A DNA stretch of 64,000 nucleotides from Candidatus Xenobia bacterium. Its GTDB lineage: Bacteria > Vulcanimicrobiota > Xenobia > Xenobiales > QWHO01. A program made the position numbers and the translations under genes. The notes below the pieces were generated by a model. The model was not told the origin of the DNA and searched no databases. It was given only the letters and a program-made list of their open reading frames with translations. Each line of letters opens with the position of its first letter. The first letter of the stretch is position 1. The DNA lies in the NCBI GenBank assembly GCA_045863235.1, contig BTUM01000017.1, forward strand, positions 52,224 through 116,223. Reading direction: 5' to 3'. This document shows positions 46,048 to 55,682 of this stretch, piece by piece.

Positions 46048-47223
46048 ATGAGACTTAAGGACCTGGCCATCTTTGCGCGCACTCCGGGCCTGGAGTGGTA
46101 TCGCCAGGTGGCCGATGGCGAACGGCCCGCCCGATATCTGATTGCGCGGCGCGTGCCGGTATGCATGGAATCAGACCACCGGGCCGAGCTCGAGCGAGCT
46201 CGGGAAACGATGCGCCTGCTCGAGGCCAGTGAGGCTCCCTTACCGCCGCGAGCCGAGCCCAACCTGGTCGACCTGTGCGTGCTCCTGAGCCGAACCTGGC
46301 TGACAAGCTGCAACTTCTGCCGCTGGAACTGCCGGGTGGACCGCTCCCGGGGGACACGCCACGGAACCTGCCAGCTGGCTGGGGACAGCCGGGTCAGCTC
46401 GTACTTCCACCACCAGGGGGAAGAGCTGGTCTTTCGGGGCACGCACGGGTCGGGGACGGTCTTTTTCACCTCCTGCAACATGCGCTGCAGTTTCTGTCAG
46501 AACGGGGACATCAGCACCGACAAGAACAACGGCACCGTGGTCACCTCCCAAGAGCTTGCCATGGTAGCCTGGCAACTGCGCCGCGAGGGTTGCCACAACG
46601 TCAACTGGGTGGGGGGCGATCCCACCATTCACCTGCACACCATCGTGCAGGCCATCTCTCTGCTGGAGGCCAATTTGCCCGATCCTCCTGCTCGGCTGCA
46701 GATGAAGGCCAAGCAGGACTGGTTCCTGGAGCATTGTCGGGGGGACGGGCTGTTCCAGGGTGAAGCCAGCGTTCCGATGCTCTGGAACTCGAATTTCTTC
46801 ATGAGCGAGACGGCGATGGACGTGCTGGAGGTGCTCATGGACGTCTGGCTCCCTGATTTCAAGTTCGGACCGGGCAACTGCGCCGTCAAGCTGGCCCGCA
46901 CCCCCTGGTACTGGGAGACCGTCACCAAGAACCTGCTCCGGGTGCATCGTCGAGGGGACGCGATGGTGATCCGCCACCTGGTCATGCCCGACCATCTGGA
47001 GTGCTGCACCCGACCGGTCCTGGAATGGGTGAGCCAGCACCTGCCTGGCGTCCCGTTCAACCTGATGGACCAGTATCACCCGGACAATCTTTGTGACCCG
47101 AGCCAGCCCGCCTATCAGCCCAGATATGCCGCTCTAGCTCGCCGCCCCTCGCGCGACGAATTGCGTCAGGCTCGCGCCTGGGCTGACGAACTGGGTGTCT
47201 CTTGGCGGGAGGTCAGTCGGTAG
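46048..47223 (+). CDS. PflX-like radical SAM protein
   Basis: C.FC...CRVDR, H.GEE, GSGTVFFTSCNMRCSFCQN.DIS, N.VGGDPT, D.WLPDFKFG, IRHLVMP, MDQYHP. Confidence 0.9.
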   Translation: MRLKDLAIFARTPGLEWYRQVADGERPARYLIARRVPVCMESDHRAELERARETMRLLEASEAPLPPRAEPNLVDLCVLLSRTWLTSCNFCRWNCRVDRSRGTRHGTCQLAGDSRVSSYFHHQGEELVFRGTHGSGTVFFTSCNMRCSFCQNGDISTDKNNGTVVTSQELAMVAWQLRREGCHNVNWVGGDPTIHLHTIVQAISLLEANLPDPPARLQMKAKQDWFLEHCRGDGLFQGEASVPMLWNSNFFMSETAMDVLEVLMDVWLPDFKFGPGNCAVKLARTPWYWETVTKNLLRVHRRGDAMVIRHLVMPDHLECCTRPVLEWVSQHLPGVPFNLMDQYHPDNLCDPSQPAYQPRYAALARRPSRDELRQARAWADELGVSWREVSR

Positions 47224-47256
47224 GGCAGAGGCCGGCGGAATCGAATGCATGGCCGG

Positions 47257-49746
47257 ATGGTACAGACCCAGGCCGAGGCGATCAAAGACCGGCTGCAGGG
47301 CGCCGTGCCGCTCTCGCGGCGCGAAGCTGCCGCCATCGCAGCGCATCCGGAGGCTCGTGCCCTCCTGCTGGAAGCATTGAAATCCCGCGAGACAGCCGAT
47401 CAGGCTGCTCTCCTGCTGGCTGAGATCGGTCATCCGGAGGACCTGGCTCCCTTGCTGGCTCTGCTCCGGGAGTGTCAGGAGCCTCAGCGCCTGGTGATCG
47501 TGCTGGAGGCTCTGGCCCGCCTGGGCCGCCCGGCCTTCGAACCCCTGGCCGCACTGGCGCGTCACCCCGATGGGGCTCCCGGGCTGAGTCGGCTGGCGGC
47601 AGCCGAAGGCCTCTCAGCCATGGCCTGTCTGCACGAGGATACCGGGCAGGATGTAGCCGCCCTCTTCCTGGAGCTGATCCAGGCGCCCGACATCAGCCCG
47701 CCCGAGCTGGCCCAACTGGCCCTCTGGCTGGATATGCTCGACCGGCGTGAAGCCTTCCCGGTGCTTGAAAGGCGGCTGGCCGAGTGTCCCGATTGCCCCT
47801 ACAGCGAAGCCCGCCTGAACGAGTGGAAATGCCGCCCCACCGGCCCCCTTCCGGGGCGCCTGGAGATGTTGCAGCCCTTCGAGCGCTTTCTTCCCGAGCA
47901 CCGAGCCGAATATTTCCGTCTGCTGGCGGCCATGCTCGACCAGGCTTCGGTTCTGCCGGACAGCCTGCGCGAGTGGCCGACCCGCTTCGAGCAAGACCTG
48001 ATCGCCACCCGCCAGAGGTTGGTCCCCACGCAGCTCCCCAGCCGGCCTGCAGTGGGGCGCAACGAGCCCTGTCCATGCGGCAGCGGCCGCAAGTACAAGA
48101 AGTGCCATCTGGACTCTGACCTTCAAGCCGCTCGGCCCGACCCGATGGCGGCCAGCTTGAGAACTGTCGCCTGGCCCTCGGTAGGCCACGCCATGCTGCC
48201 CTCCGAGCAGTGGGAACGGCTCTCGCGAGAAGAGCTGCAGGCTCACCTGGAGATCCTCTCCCTGCCGCCGGCCGAAGTCGACCGACGAGCCGAACGAGAA
48301 AGCTCCGATTACCTGCTCTGGTCCTGCGCTCAGTCGCGCATTCTGCGCGGAGACTGGGCCGGCGCCCGTGAGCTGGCTACGCTCGTGGCCGCCTCCCAGC
48401 AGGGTCATCCGGCCCTGAACTATGATGAGATCGCCCTGGTCGCCCAGTCGACCGACAGTTTCCTGGAGGGGCAGCAGGATCTCGGCTTCATGCTCAACAG
48501 TGGCAACTTCGTGCTGGCCTGGGAAGTACTGCGTCGGGCCTGGATGGCCAACGTGGAAGAGGGGATGCGGATCTACCGCCAGGTCCAGCAAGCCCGTCCA
48601 GGTTTGCTCTGGAGCGCAGCCGCTCTGGCGGAAGCTGCCCGCATGTGTGCTCCCGAGCTGGCTTTGCCCGAGTTGCGTCAGGCCCTGCGCCGAGCTCGTG
48701 AGGGGGAGAGCCAGTCGCCGCCGGGCGTTCCCGGGCGGGCCTGCCCCCCGGAAGTCTTGGAAGGCTATGTGGCCGACCTGGAGCTGGCCGTGACCCGCTC
48801 GCGGGAGCTCCAGGGGCTGGTCCGTCGCATGCTGGAGCGGCCAGCCGATGATCTGCTCAGTCCGGGTCTGACTCTGAGTCGTTCGCGCTACCAGGCTCTG
48901 GACGCCGATCTGAAGCGCAACCTGGAGCAGATTCCGGCCGACCTGCCCGGCGATCAGATACTTGCCCGCCGCCAGGAGGTGAAGCGCCAGGCGGAGGAGC
49001 GCCGGCTCCAACTGGCCTTCGAGTTGGGCCAACACTTCCAGACCGTGGTGGCCTCCGACGCGGTGGTCAGCGCCTCGCGGCCCGGGGAGGTGCTCTGGAT
49101 CCTGCCCCAACCCGCCCAACCCGGCCAGGAAGCCCAGACTTTTGCCTGGCATAGCTTCGCTCCGCTGAGCGGAGACTCGGCCCTGGCCCACTGCGCCAAT
49201 GCCCTGGGAGAGGTGGCGCGCAGCACCCGGGCCGCACGGGCCGAGCTGATCCCTTGCTCCTGGAGAGGATTTGCTGCCTGGCTCCTGCGGGTGGAGACCG
49301 AGGAGGGAGAGCTGGACGAGATGGCCCGGTTGATCGCCTCCGACCGGCTCAGCTGCCGTTTTGTCGATGCGCTCTGGGCTCCGCTCGAGCGCGAGCTCCA
49401 GATCACGACCCCTCCACCCGGGCCGGGCCCGGCCCAACTGGCACGCGAGCAGCCCCAGGAGCAGGGTGACGAGCTCGGGAGCTATCTGGCCCGCGTGCTC
49501 ACGCGCCTCTTGCGCTCGGGCAAGGTGGGCGCAGCCCACACCGACAAGGGGCATTTCACACGCGGCGTGCCGGACCGGCTGCGAGGCGAGCTCAAGGACA
49601 AGCTCGAAGAGCTGATCACCCGGGGCTTCATGCGCGAGAAACCAACGGTGACCGGCCCCCACATCTCGCTCGAGCCGGGTCACCTGGCCGAAATCAAGAA
49701 GTTCGTGGCGGGAGAGGGGGAGCTACTCGGTCTCTGGGCCCGCTGA
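47257..49746 (+). CDS. HEAT-repeat/SEC-C motif protein with C-terminal winged-helix-like domain
   Basis: [20 protein letters not shown]-terminal HEAT-like helices. Confidence 0.8.
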   Translation: MVQTQAEAIKDRLQGAVPLSRREAAAIAAHPEARALLLEALKSRETADQAALLLAEIGHPEDLAPLLALLRECQEPQRLVIVLEALARLGRPAFEPLAALARHPDGAPGLSRLAAAEGLSAMACLHEDTGQDVAALFLELIQAPDISPPELAQLALWLDMLDRREAFPVLERRLAECPDCPYSEARLNEWKCRPTGPLPGRLEMLQPFERFLPEHRAEYFRLLAAMLDQASVLPDSLREWPTRFEQDLIATRQRLVPTQLPSRPAVGRNEPCPCGSGRKYKKCHLDSDLQAARPDPMAASLRTVAWPSVGHAMLPSEQWERLSREELQAHLEILSLPPAEVDRRAERESSDYLLWSCAQSRILRGDWAGARELATLVAASQQGHPALNYDEIALVAQSTDSFLEGQQDLGFMLNSGNFVLAWEVLRRAWMANVEEGMRIYRQVQQARPGLLWSAAALAEAARMCAPELALPELRQALRRAREGESQSPPGVPGRACPPEVLEGYVADLELAVTRSRELQGLVRRMLERPADDLLSPGLTLSRSRYQALDADLKRNLEQIPADLPGDQILARRQEVKRQAEERRLQLAFELGQHFQTVVASDAVVSASRPGEVLWILPQPAQPGQEAQTFAWHSFAPLSGDSALAHCANALGEVARSTRAARAELIPCSWRGFAAWLLRVETEEGELDEMARLIASDRLSCRFVDALWAPLERELQITTPPPGPGPAQLAREQPQEQGDELGSYLARVLTRLLRSGKVGAAHTDKGHFTRGVPDRLRGELKDKLEELITRGFMREKPTVTGPHISLEPGHLAEIKKFVAGEGELLGLWAR

Positions 49747-51117
49747 ACGGTCGGCCTGGATGAAGTCACGCAGAGCTCGAGTCTGATCCGAGTTGAGCTT
49801 GAGCGCCCCCATGTCGACCGGCTGCGCGACCCACTGCAGTCTCAGCCAGTCTTGAGGCCCCAGGGCCGAGAAGAAGAAACCCAGCTCGCGAGCGCGGAGA
49901 GTCAGCTCGGGCGTGGCCGGATCGTCCAGGGGTAGCTCGAGATAGACCGCTTGAGCCTGCCCCAACTGACACAGATCGCGCAGGGCCTGGGCCAGAGCGG
50001 TGGGGGAATCCTCCCCGGGGCGGGTCACCCGAATGCGCCCGGTCTGAAAGCAGGGTTTGAGCTCCACCGTCAGGGCTCCCTCCCCCGCGAGGGCCGAGGC
50101 ATCCTGCGGGCTGACCTGATCGCCAAGCCGGTCATAGAGCTGCAAGAGCAGCTCGCGATAGCGATCGGGAAGGTAAACCGGCCGAGCGGGCGGCCGGGAC
50201 AGGTACTGCACGTAAAGGACGCAGCTGGTGCGCTGGCCGCCTCCCAGGCCTTTGAAGGTCACCTGGGCCGGGACTCCACTCAGAGTCAGCCCGCAGGGAG
50301 TGCGTCCGAAGCCTTCGGCGGCTCTCTGACTGTAAGGATGAAGGGTCACAGCGTTGGAGTAGAGCGTCGTCAGGCCCAGGTCGGGGGCGACGGTCTCCAG
50401 TTGCTGGCCCATCCGCTCCATCAGCTTTCGGCCGCGGTGCATCGGAGAGACCAGTGCCTCGCCGCACTCGGCCAGGGGGCCCGGCTGGGGACGCTCCAGG
50501 GCGTAGTGGCCCACCACCTGACCGGCGGCGTCCAGAGCCACCATCGAGTAGAGCTGACCGGAAGCGTTCATGGCTGTCAGACGGTCGGGAAAGTAGAGCT
50601 CCTCGTGCATGTAGGTGTAGCCGTAGACCTGATAGCACAGTCGAGCCACGCCGAGGGCGTCCTGGGGCTGGAAAGGCCGCACCTGGTAATCCTGCTCGGG
50701 AGCCAGGGGGGGCTCATCGGGGAATCGTTCCAGGCTCTCGAGCTGGCCCACCTCGGGGTGGGGCCGCCGGCGGCGCAGCAACAGCTCTTTGCCCTGGCGG
50801 CCCAGGGAGACCCAGCGCAGCTCGTCCACAGCCCGAGCGATGCGCTCGAGGCCGTGCCCCTTCGAAGTCTGGGGCGCGCCCTCCATCGGCGCCCCCTGGT
50901 CCACCACGCACAGCACCAGATCGAGCTCGGACAGCTCGGCCTCGAGCAAGACTTCGCCCGGAGCGTAATGCAGCGCATTCTCGACCGCCTCCTGGCACGC
51001 CTGAGCAAGCTCCGAGTCGGGCAGGCCGGCCAGCGAAGAGAGTTGCTCGACCAGGGCGCGCGCCAGGGGCAGGCTGTGGGGATGGCGGGGAAGCTCGAGC
51101 TTGCAGCAAAAGGTCAT
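49723..51117 (-). CDS. RsbW-like ATPase (HATPase_c_2) fused to GNAT domain
   Basis: [17 protein letters not shown]...VDE; then VGH.AL, E.GEALV.P.HRGR.LM. Confidence 0.82.
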   Translation of the reverse strand: MTFCCKLELPRHPHSLPLARALVEQLSSLAGLPDSELAQACQEAVENALHYAPGEVLLEAELSELDLVLCVVDQGAPMEGAPQTSKGHGLERIARAVDELRWVSLGRQGKELLLRRRRPHPEVGQLESLERFPDEPPLAPEQDYQVRPFQPQDALGVARLCYQVYGYTYMHEELYFPDRLTAMNASGQLYSMVALDAAGQVVGHYALERPQPGPLAECGEALVSPMHRGRKLMERMGQQLETVAPDLGLTTLYSNAVTLHPYSQRAAEGFGRTPCGLTLSGVPAQVTFKGLGGGQRTSCVLYVQYLSRPPARPVYLPDRYRELLLQLYDRLGDQVSPQDASALAGEGALTVELKPCFQTGRIRVTRPGEDSPTALAQALRDLCQLGQAQAVYLELPLDDPATPELTLRARELGFFFSALGPQDWLRLQWVAQPVDMGALKLNSDQTRALRDFIQADRSAGPETE

Positions 51118-51241
51118 TCTCGCGGATTCGCACGAGCCTGGATGCATCCCTGGAACATCTGTGCCAGGATGCAGGCAACTTGTCGCAGCCGCACTCGAGT
51201 GATACGATTTGGAGGTCGGGGAGAACGGGGTCGCCAACCTG

Positions 51242-52999
51242 TTGAGAAGAAGAGCCTACATCCTGGGAACCCTCCTGGTTCTCCTGCCCATCCTCGTCAT
51301 GATGATGGTGGGTCTGTTCGTGGCCCTGGACGCCGGCCACGGGCACAGCAATGCCTACTTCACGCGGGCCGCGTCGCTCTGCGTGGCCGAAGCGGGGATG
51401 GCGGACGCGCTGGCCCAGCTCGAGGGGAATCTGGCCTGGAACGCCGGATTTTCCCAGAAACCGATGAAGGATGTGCGCGGCCAGTACACGGTGACCTTCA
51501 ACCAGGGCCCGGGGCCCTTCAGCCCGGATGATTCGATCAACAACTCCGATGGCGCCCACCCCGACAGCTGGCGAGGGGCCAACACCGTGCCTGCTGGCAC
51601 CGTCCTGGTCGTGGTCGTGGCTCAGGTTGGATCGGTGGAGAGGCGCCTGGAGGCTCTGATCGGGCCCAGCTCGAGCTCGATCGAGTTGAGCACTCCTCTA
51701 CTGACCAGCGGGCGCATCCGCCTCGAGGGCAACGTCAACATCGACGGGGTCGCCGCGCTGGACGACTCCACCTCGGTCAGCGCCGACGTGCACTCGAACT
51801 TCCTGTCAGGCGCTTCCAACCTGATCGAGTGGGTGGCCTCGGGAGGATCGCTCCTGATCGACGGCACCGTTTCCTCCTCGGGCACCTCGGGCTCGGCCAT
51901 CAACGTGACCGGCGGCACGGTAACAGGCGGCACGCAGGTCAATGAGGCCCAGAAGCCGATCCCTCCGGTCAACATTCCCGCTCAGATCGCCGCCAAGAGC
52001 AGCTCACCCGGCCCCGTCATCGTTCCGCTCGGGCAGACCAACATCCCGGCCGGCGACTACTACGTGGCCGGCGATCTCAACCTGACAGGTGATCTCCACC
52101 TCGATGGAGGCAGCCTCTACGTCCAGGGCAAACTGACGGTGAATGGTTCCGTATCCGGCAACGGCTCGGTTTACGTGGGGAGCAGCACAGTCGTGCATGG
52201 AGACTCGGACGTCAACGGGCAGAATGCCATCGCCCTCTTCAGCAAGGGTAACGTCGAGTTGCGTGGCTTCGACGGTACCGCCTACCTCGAAACGGTGGTC
52301 AACGGTAATCCCACCCTTACCAAGCACCTGACCGATGGAAAGTGGGCCATTCAAGAGCTGGAGAACAATATTTCCTCGGGCTGGGCCGGCTCGGACTCGA
52401 ACTACCTCGACAGTGTGAGCACCACTCTGGGCGGGCCTCAAGGCAACCTCTTCCCCCCGGCCGGACGCGACCAGTCCACCATGTGGAAGCTGCGCGACCA
52501 CCTCACCAACAACGTGGCGGCGGGCCCTTCACGCGACTTTCTGATCGATCGACTGGACAAGATCGGGCGCATCTACTCCCAGAACGGGTTGGTACTGGGG
52601 CGCCCGGACGCGGTGGCCATCGCTAACTACAACGCCACAGGAGATACCGATGGCATCTGGGACGCTGTCAACGACGGGAACGTTGCCGCCCTGATGCCGG
52701 CGGTCTACAGCGTCACCAGGCAGATCGACTACAACCGGATCGGGGCCGCCTCCTTCCAGGGGCTGGTCTACACCAACGGCAGCTTTTACTGCGCCAACGA
52801 GATCAACGTGGTGGGAGCCATCGTGGTCAACAATGACGGAAGCTCCTCGCCGGTCACCCTGGACGGGCACACAGTCAATCCGGGCGACCTCTTCATCAAT
52901 AACGGCTGCAATGTCACTTTCGTGGAGGACTTCTTCGACAACGGTGGGATGGGCGGTGGCAGCGGACCCCCCGGGGTGCTCGTCTGGATGGGACGTTGA
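51242..52999 (+). CDS. PilX-like minor pilin with large beta-rich C-terminal domain
   Basis: RRRA|YILGTLL (no Glu5), A...AEAG...AL..L; F.GLVYTNG. Confidence 0.75.
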   Translation: MRRRAYILGTLLVLLPILVMMMVGLFVALDAGHGHSNAYFTRAASLCVAEAGMADALAQLEGNLAWNAGFSQKPMKDVRGQYTVTFNQGPGPFSPDDSINNSDGAHPDSWRGANTVPAGTVLVVVVAQVGSVERRLEALIGPSSSSIELSTPLLTSGRIRLEGNVNIDGVAALDDSTSVSADVHSNFLSGASNLIEWVASGGSLLIDGTVSSSGTSGSAINVTGGTVTGGTQVNEAQKPIPPVNIPAQIAAKSSSPGPVIVPLGQTNIPAGDYYVAGDLNLTGDLHLDGGSLYVQGKLTVNGSVSGNGSVYVGSSTVVHGDSDVNGQNAIALFSKGNVELRGFDGTAYLETVVNGNPTLTKHLTDGKWAIQELENNISSGWAGSDSNYLDSVSTTLGGPQGNLFPPAGRDQSTMWKLRDHLTNNVAAGPSRDFLIDRLDKIGRIYSQNGLVLGRPDAVAIANYNATGDTDGIWDAVNDGNVAALMPAVYSVTRQIDYNRIGAASFQGLVYTNGSFYCANEINVVGAIVVNNDGSSSPVTLDGHTVNPGDLFINNGCNVTFVEDFFDNGGMGGGSGPPGVLVWMGR

Positions 53000-53412
53000 G
53001 AAACTCGCATCGAGGCCTGGCTCTGGCGGAAGTGGTGCTGGCCGTGGGGATTCTGGCGGTGGCCGTGCTGTCTCTGGTGCTGGTCTTCACCAAGGGAATG
53101 AGCTTCTTGCTGCAGAGCAACCAGGTAGCGGGAGCCACCGACGTGGGCCGCGAGTTCCTCGAGGTGGTGCGCTCCAACGGCTATGCCTTCATCACCCCGG
53201 GCACCTACGACGGCAGAATTCCCACTCTTCAAGACGGCGGCACGCTCTTTCCTCCCGCGCCCTATCCGGTGGGAACCCGCTCAGGCCAAAACTACACCCT
53301 GGTGGTGCAGGCCGATGCCGCCGGAATGCCTGCCAACACCATCGCTGTGAAAGTGGACGTCTACTGGAATGCGCGTGGCAAAGTCAGCCTCCAGACCTAC
53401 CTGCGTCCCTGA
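52996..53412 (+). CDS. PilV-like minor pilin
   Basis: RG|LALAEVVLAVGIL; C-terminal V.V.VYW. Confidence 0.8.
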   Translation: MRNSHRGLALAEVVLAVGILAVAVLSLVLVFTKGMSFLLQSNQVAGATDVGREFLEVVRSNGYAFITPGTYDGRIPTLQDGGTLFPPAPYPVGTRSGQNYTLVVQADAAGMPANTIAVKVDVYWNARGKVSLQTYLRP

Positions 53413-54001
53413 GCGCGGCTTCACCCTGGCCGAGATGCTGGTGGCCAGCGCGGTCGCAGGCATGCTTCTTCTGACCCTGTTCATGATCTACCGCATCTGC
53501 GCCTCGGCCTGGATGAAGGGAGACACCCAGACCAGGTTGCGCCAGAGCGCCATGGTGGCCTCGGAGAAGATCAGCCGAGACCTGGAGCGCAGCATCTATG
53601 AGAGCGTCTCCATCTCGACCGACCGTCGGGGCATCTCGTTTCTCTCGGCTCTTGACGCCAATGGCCAGTTCCAGTTCAACACCGCTTCCCAGGAGCCGAT
53701 CTGGCAGAACTACCTGGTCTATTACCTCGACTCCGGCTCCCGCGAGCTTCGCCGGCGGGCCGTCAGCGTGGCTGGAGCCCCTCAGCAAACGGTGCCCGGG
53801 GCGATCGAGAGCTTTGGGCCCAACCAGCCGGTGGACACCTACATGGTAGGCGGGCAGGCGGTGGCCCACGGGCTCGACTTTTGCGAGTTCGCGGTCCTGA
53901 ACAAGCTGCTGCGCCTCAAGCTGAGGGCCCAGGCGAAGCGTTACGGCAGCGAGCGCCTGGAGAGCTTCGAGCTGGAAACGTTAACCAGCCTGCGCAACTG
54001 A
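53369..54001 (+). CDS. PilW/PulJ-like minor pilin
   Basis: RG|FTLAEMLVAS; I.RDL..S; C-terminal LRN. Confidence 0.82.
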   Translation: MRVAKSASRPTCVPERGFTLAEMLVASAVAGMLLLTLFMIYRICASAWMKGDTQTRLRQSAMVASEKISRDLERSIYESVSISTDRRGISFLSALDANGQFQFNTASQEPIWQNYLVYYLDSGSRELRRRAVSVAGAPQQTVPGAIESFGPNQPVDTYMVGGQAVAHGLDFCEFAVLNKLLRLKLRAQAKRYGSERLESFELETLTSLRN

Positions 54002-54044
54002 GCCCCCGGGCAGGATTCACAGCCTTCCCGCGAAGGCAGGCTCA

Positions 54045-55682
54045 ATGCATACCCCGGCCGAGCTGACCCTCCTGTTGCCGTTGATGCTGGCGGCCATCAT
54101 CGTGGCCTTCGTGGGCAACTGGCTGCGGCTCCCCTACGCCATTTCGCTGGTCGTGGCGGGTCTGTTGATGACTCCCCTGCGACTCACGGGCGGGGCCACC
54201 CTCGATCCGGGAGTGCTGGTCACCGTCTTGCTCCCTCCCCTGCTCTTCGAATCGGCTCTCAACCTGCGCCTGAACTTGCTGCAAGCCAACTGGCGCCCGT
54301 TGGCAATCTATGCCGTACTGGGAACGATCCTCTCCAGCTTGCTGGTTGGAGCCCTGAGCTCCACTCTGCTGGCCATCCCGCTGGCCTCAGCCCTGGTCTT
54401 CGGGGCGCTCATCTCCTCCACCGATCCGATCTCGGTCGTGGCGGTGTTCAAGCAGTGCAAGGTGGGCAAGCGCCTGGCCCTGCTGGTGGAAGGCGAGAGC
54501 CTGTTCAATGACGGGGTTTCGGTGGTGCTCTTCAGCGTGCTGCTGGCCGCCGCCACCTCCGCCTCGGCAACCATCGCTCCAGGCGAAGTTCTGGTGCGCT
54601 TCGTCTTCGTGATTCTGGGAGGAGCGGGCGTCGGCGTGGCGGTGGGCCTGCTGGCTTCGCGCCTGACGCGCGAGTTCGATGATCCTCCGTTGGAGATCAC
54701 CCTGACCTGCCTGGTCGCCTGGGGCGCCTTTCTGGTGGCCGAGTCCTTTCATGTCTCCGGCGTCATCGCCACGGTCACGGCCGGGCTGACCGTGGCCAAC
54801 TACGGCATGGCAACCGGCATGTCTCCGGGAACTCGCCTTTCGGTCCACTCCTTCTGGGAGTTTGCGGCCTTCCTGGCCAACTCGCTGGTCTTTCTGCTGC
54901 TTGGCATCCAGGAGACTCTGGTCAACTTCTGGGGCGACCTGGGCGCGATCGCGGTGGCCTTCGTGCTGGTCCTGCTGGGAAGAGCCGCGGCCGTCTACGG
55001 CCTGGCACCCGTGGTCAACGGCCTGGGGGCGCAAATCCCCTCCAGCTGGCTTCACATCATGGTCTGGAGCGGCCTGCGCGGGGCTCTGGCCGTGGCCCTC
55101 GTGTCGGGGCTACCGCCCGACTTTCCGGGCGCGCAACGCTTGATCCATCTCACCTATGGCGTGGTCCTCTTCTCGCTCCTTCTCCAGGGAACGACGATGA
55201 GCTGGTTGTTGCGAAAGCTGGGCATCACCAGCGCACCCGAGCGGCTGCAAGACTATCGCCGCTTGAGCAGCCAGGCGCGAGCAGCTCGGGCCGCTCTGAA
55301 ATTGCTGGAGAGCCGCCAGAGCGAGGGTCTGCCCCGGCCCATCGCCGAGGAGACCTCACGTCACTACCGCGCCAAACTCGAGGCCCTGGAGCAAGAGCTG
55401 AGCGGTTTGGAGGTGACCCACCGCGAGCTCTTTGACGAACAGCTCCTGGAGACGCGCAAACTGGCTCTGACAGCCGAAAAGGCCAGCTTGCTCGAGGATC
55501 AGAGAGCCGGGTTGCTCGACGAGGACGACATGCTCGAGCTTTTTGCCGAGCTCGACCGCGAGCTGACCAGCCTGCACCAGCCTACGGGCGCTCCGCCGCC
55601 CGAGGATGGCGGCAAACCGCCTGATGCTCACGCAGCAGAGCCTGTAGATGCTCGGTCGTCTGGCGCCACTGAGCCTCGTTGA
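54045..55682 (+). CDS. CPA1-family Na+/H+ antiporter
   Basis: LPPLLFESA, STDPISV, EGESLFNDG, SGVIA, WSGLRGA. Confidence 0.93.
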   Translation: MHTPAELTLLLPLMLAAIIVAFVGNWLRLPYAISLVVAGLLMTPLRLTGGATLDPGVLVTVLLPPLLFESALNLRLNLLQANWRPLAIYAVLGTILSSLLVGALSSTLLAIPLASALVFGALISSTDPISVVAVFKQCKVGKRLALLVEGESLFNDGVSVVLFSVLLAAATSASATIAPGEVLVRFVFVILGGAGVGVAVGLLASRLTREFDDPPLEITLTCLVAWGAFLVAESFHVSGVIATVTAGLTVANYGMATGMSPGTRLSVHSFWEFAAFLANSLVFLLLGIQETLVNFWGDLGAIAVAFVLVLLGRAAAVYGLAPVVNGLGAQIPSSWLHIMVWSGLRGALAVALVSGLPPDFPGAQRLIHLTYGVVLFSLLLQGTTMSWLLRKLGITSAPERLQDYRRLSSQARAARAALKLLESRQSEGLPRPIAEETSRHYRAKLEALEQELSGLEVTHRELFDEQLLETRKLALTAEKASLLEDQRAGLLDEDDMLELFAELDRELTSLHQPTGAPPPEDGGKPPDAHAAEPVDARSSGATEPR

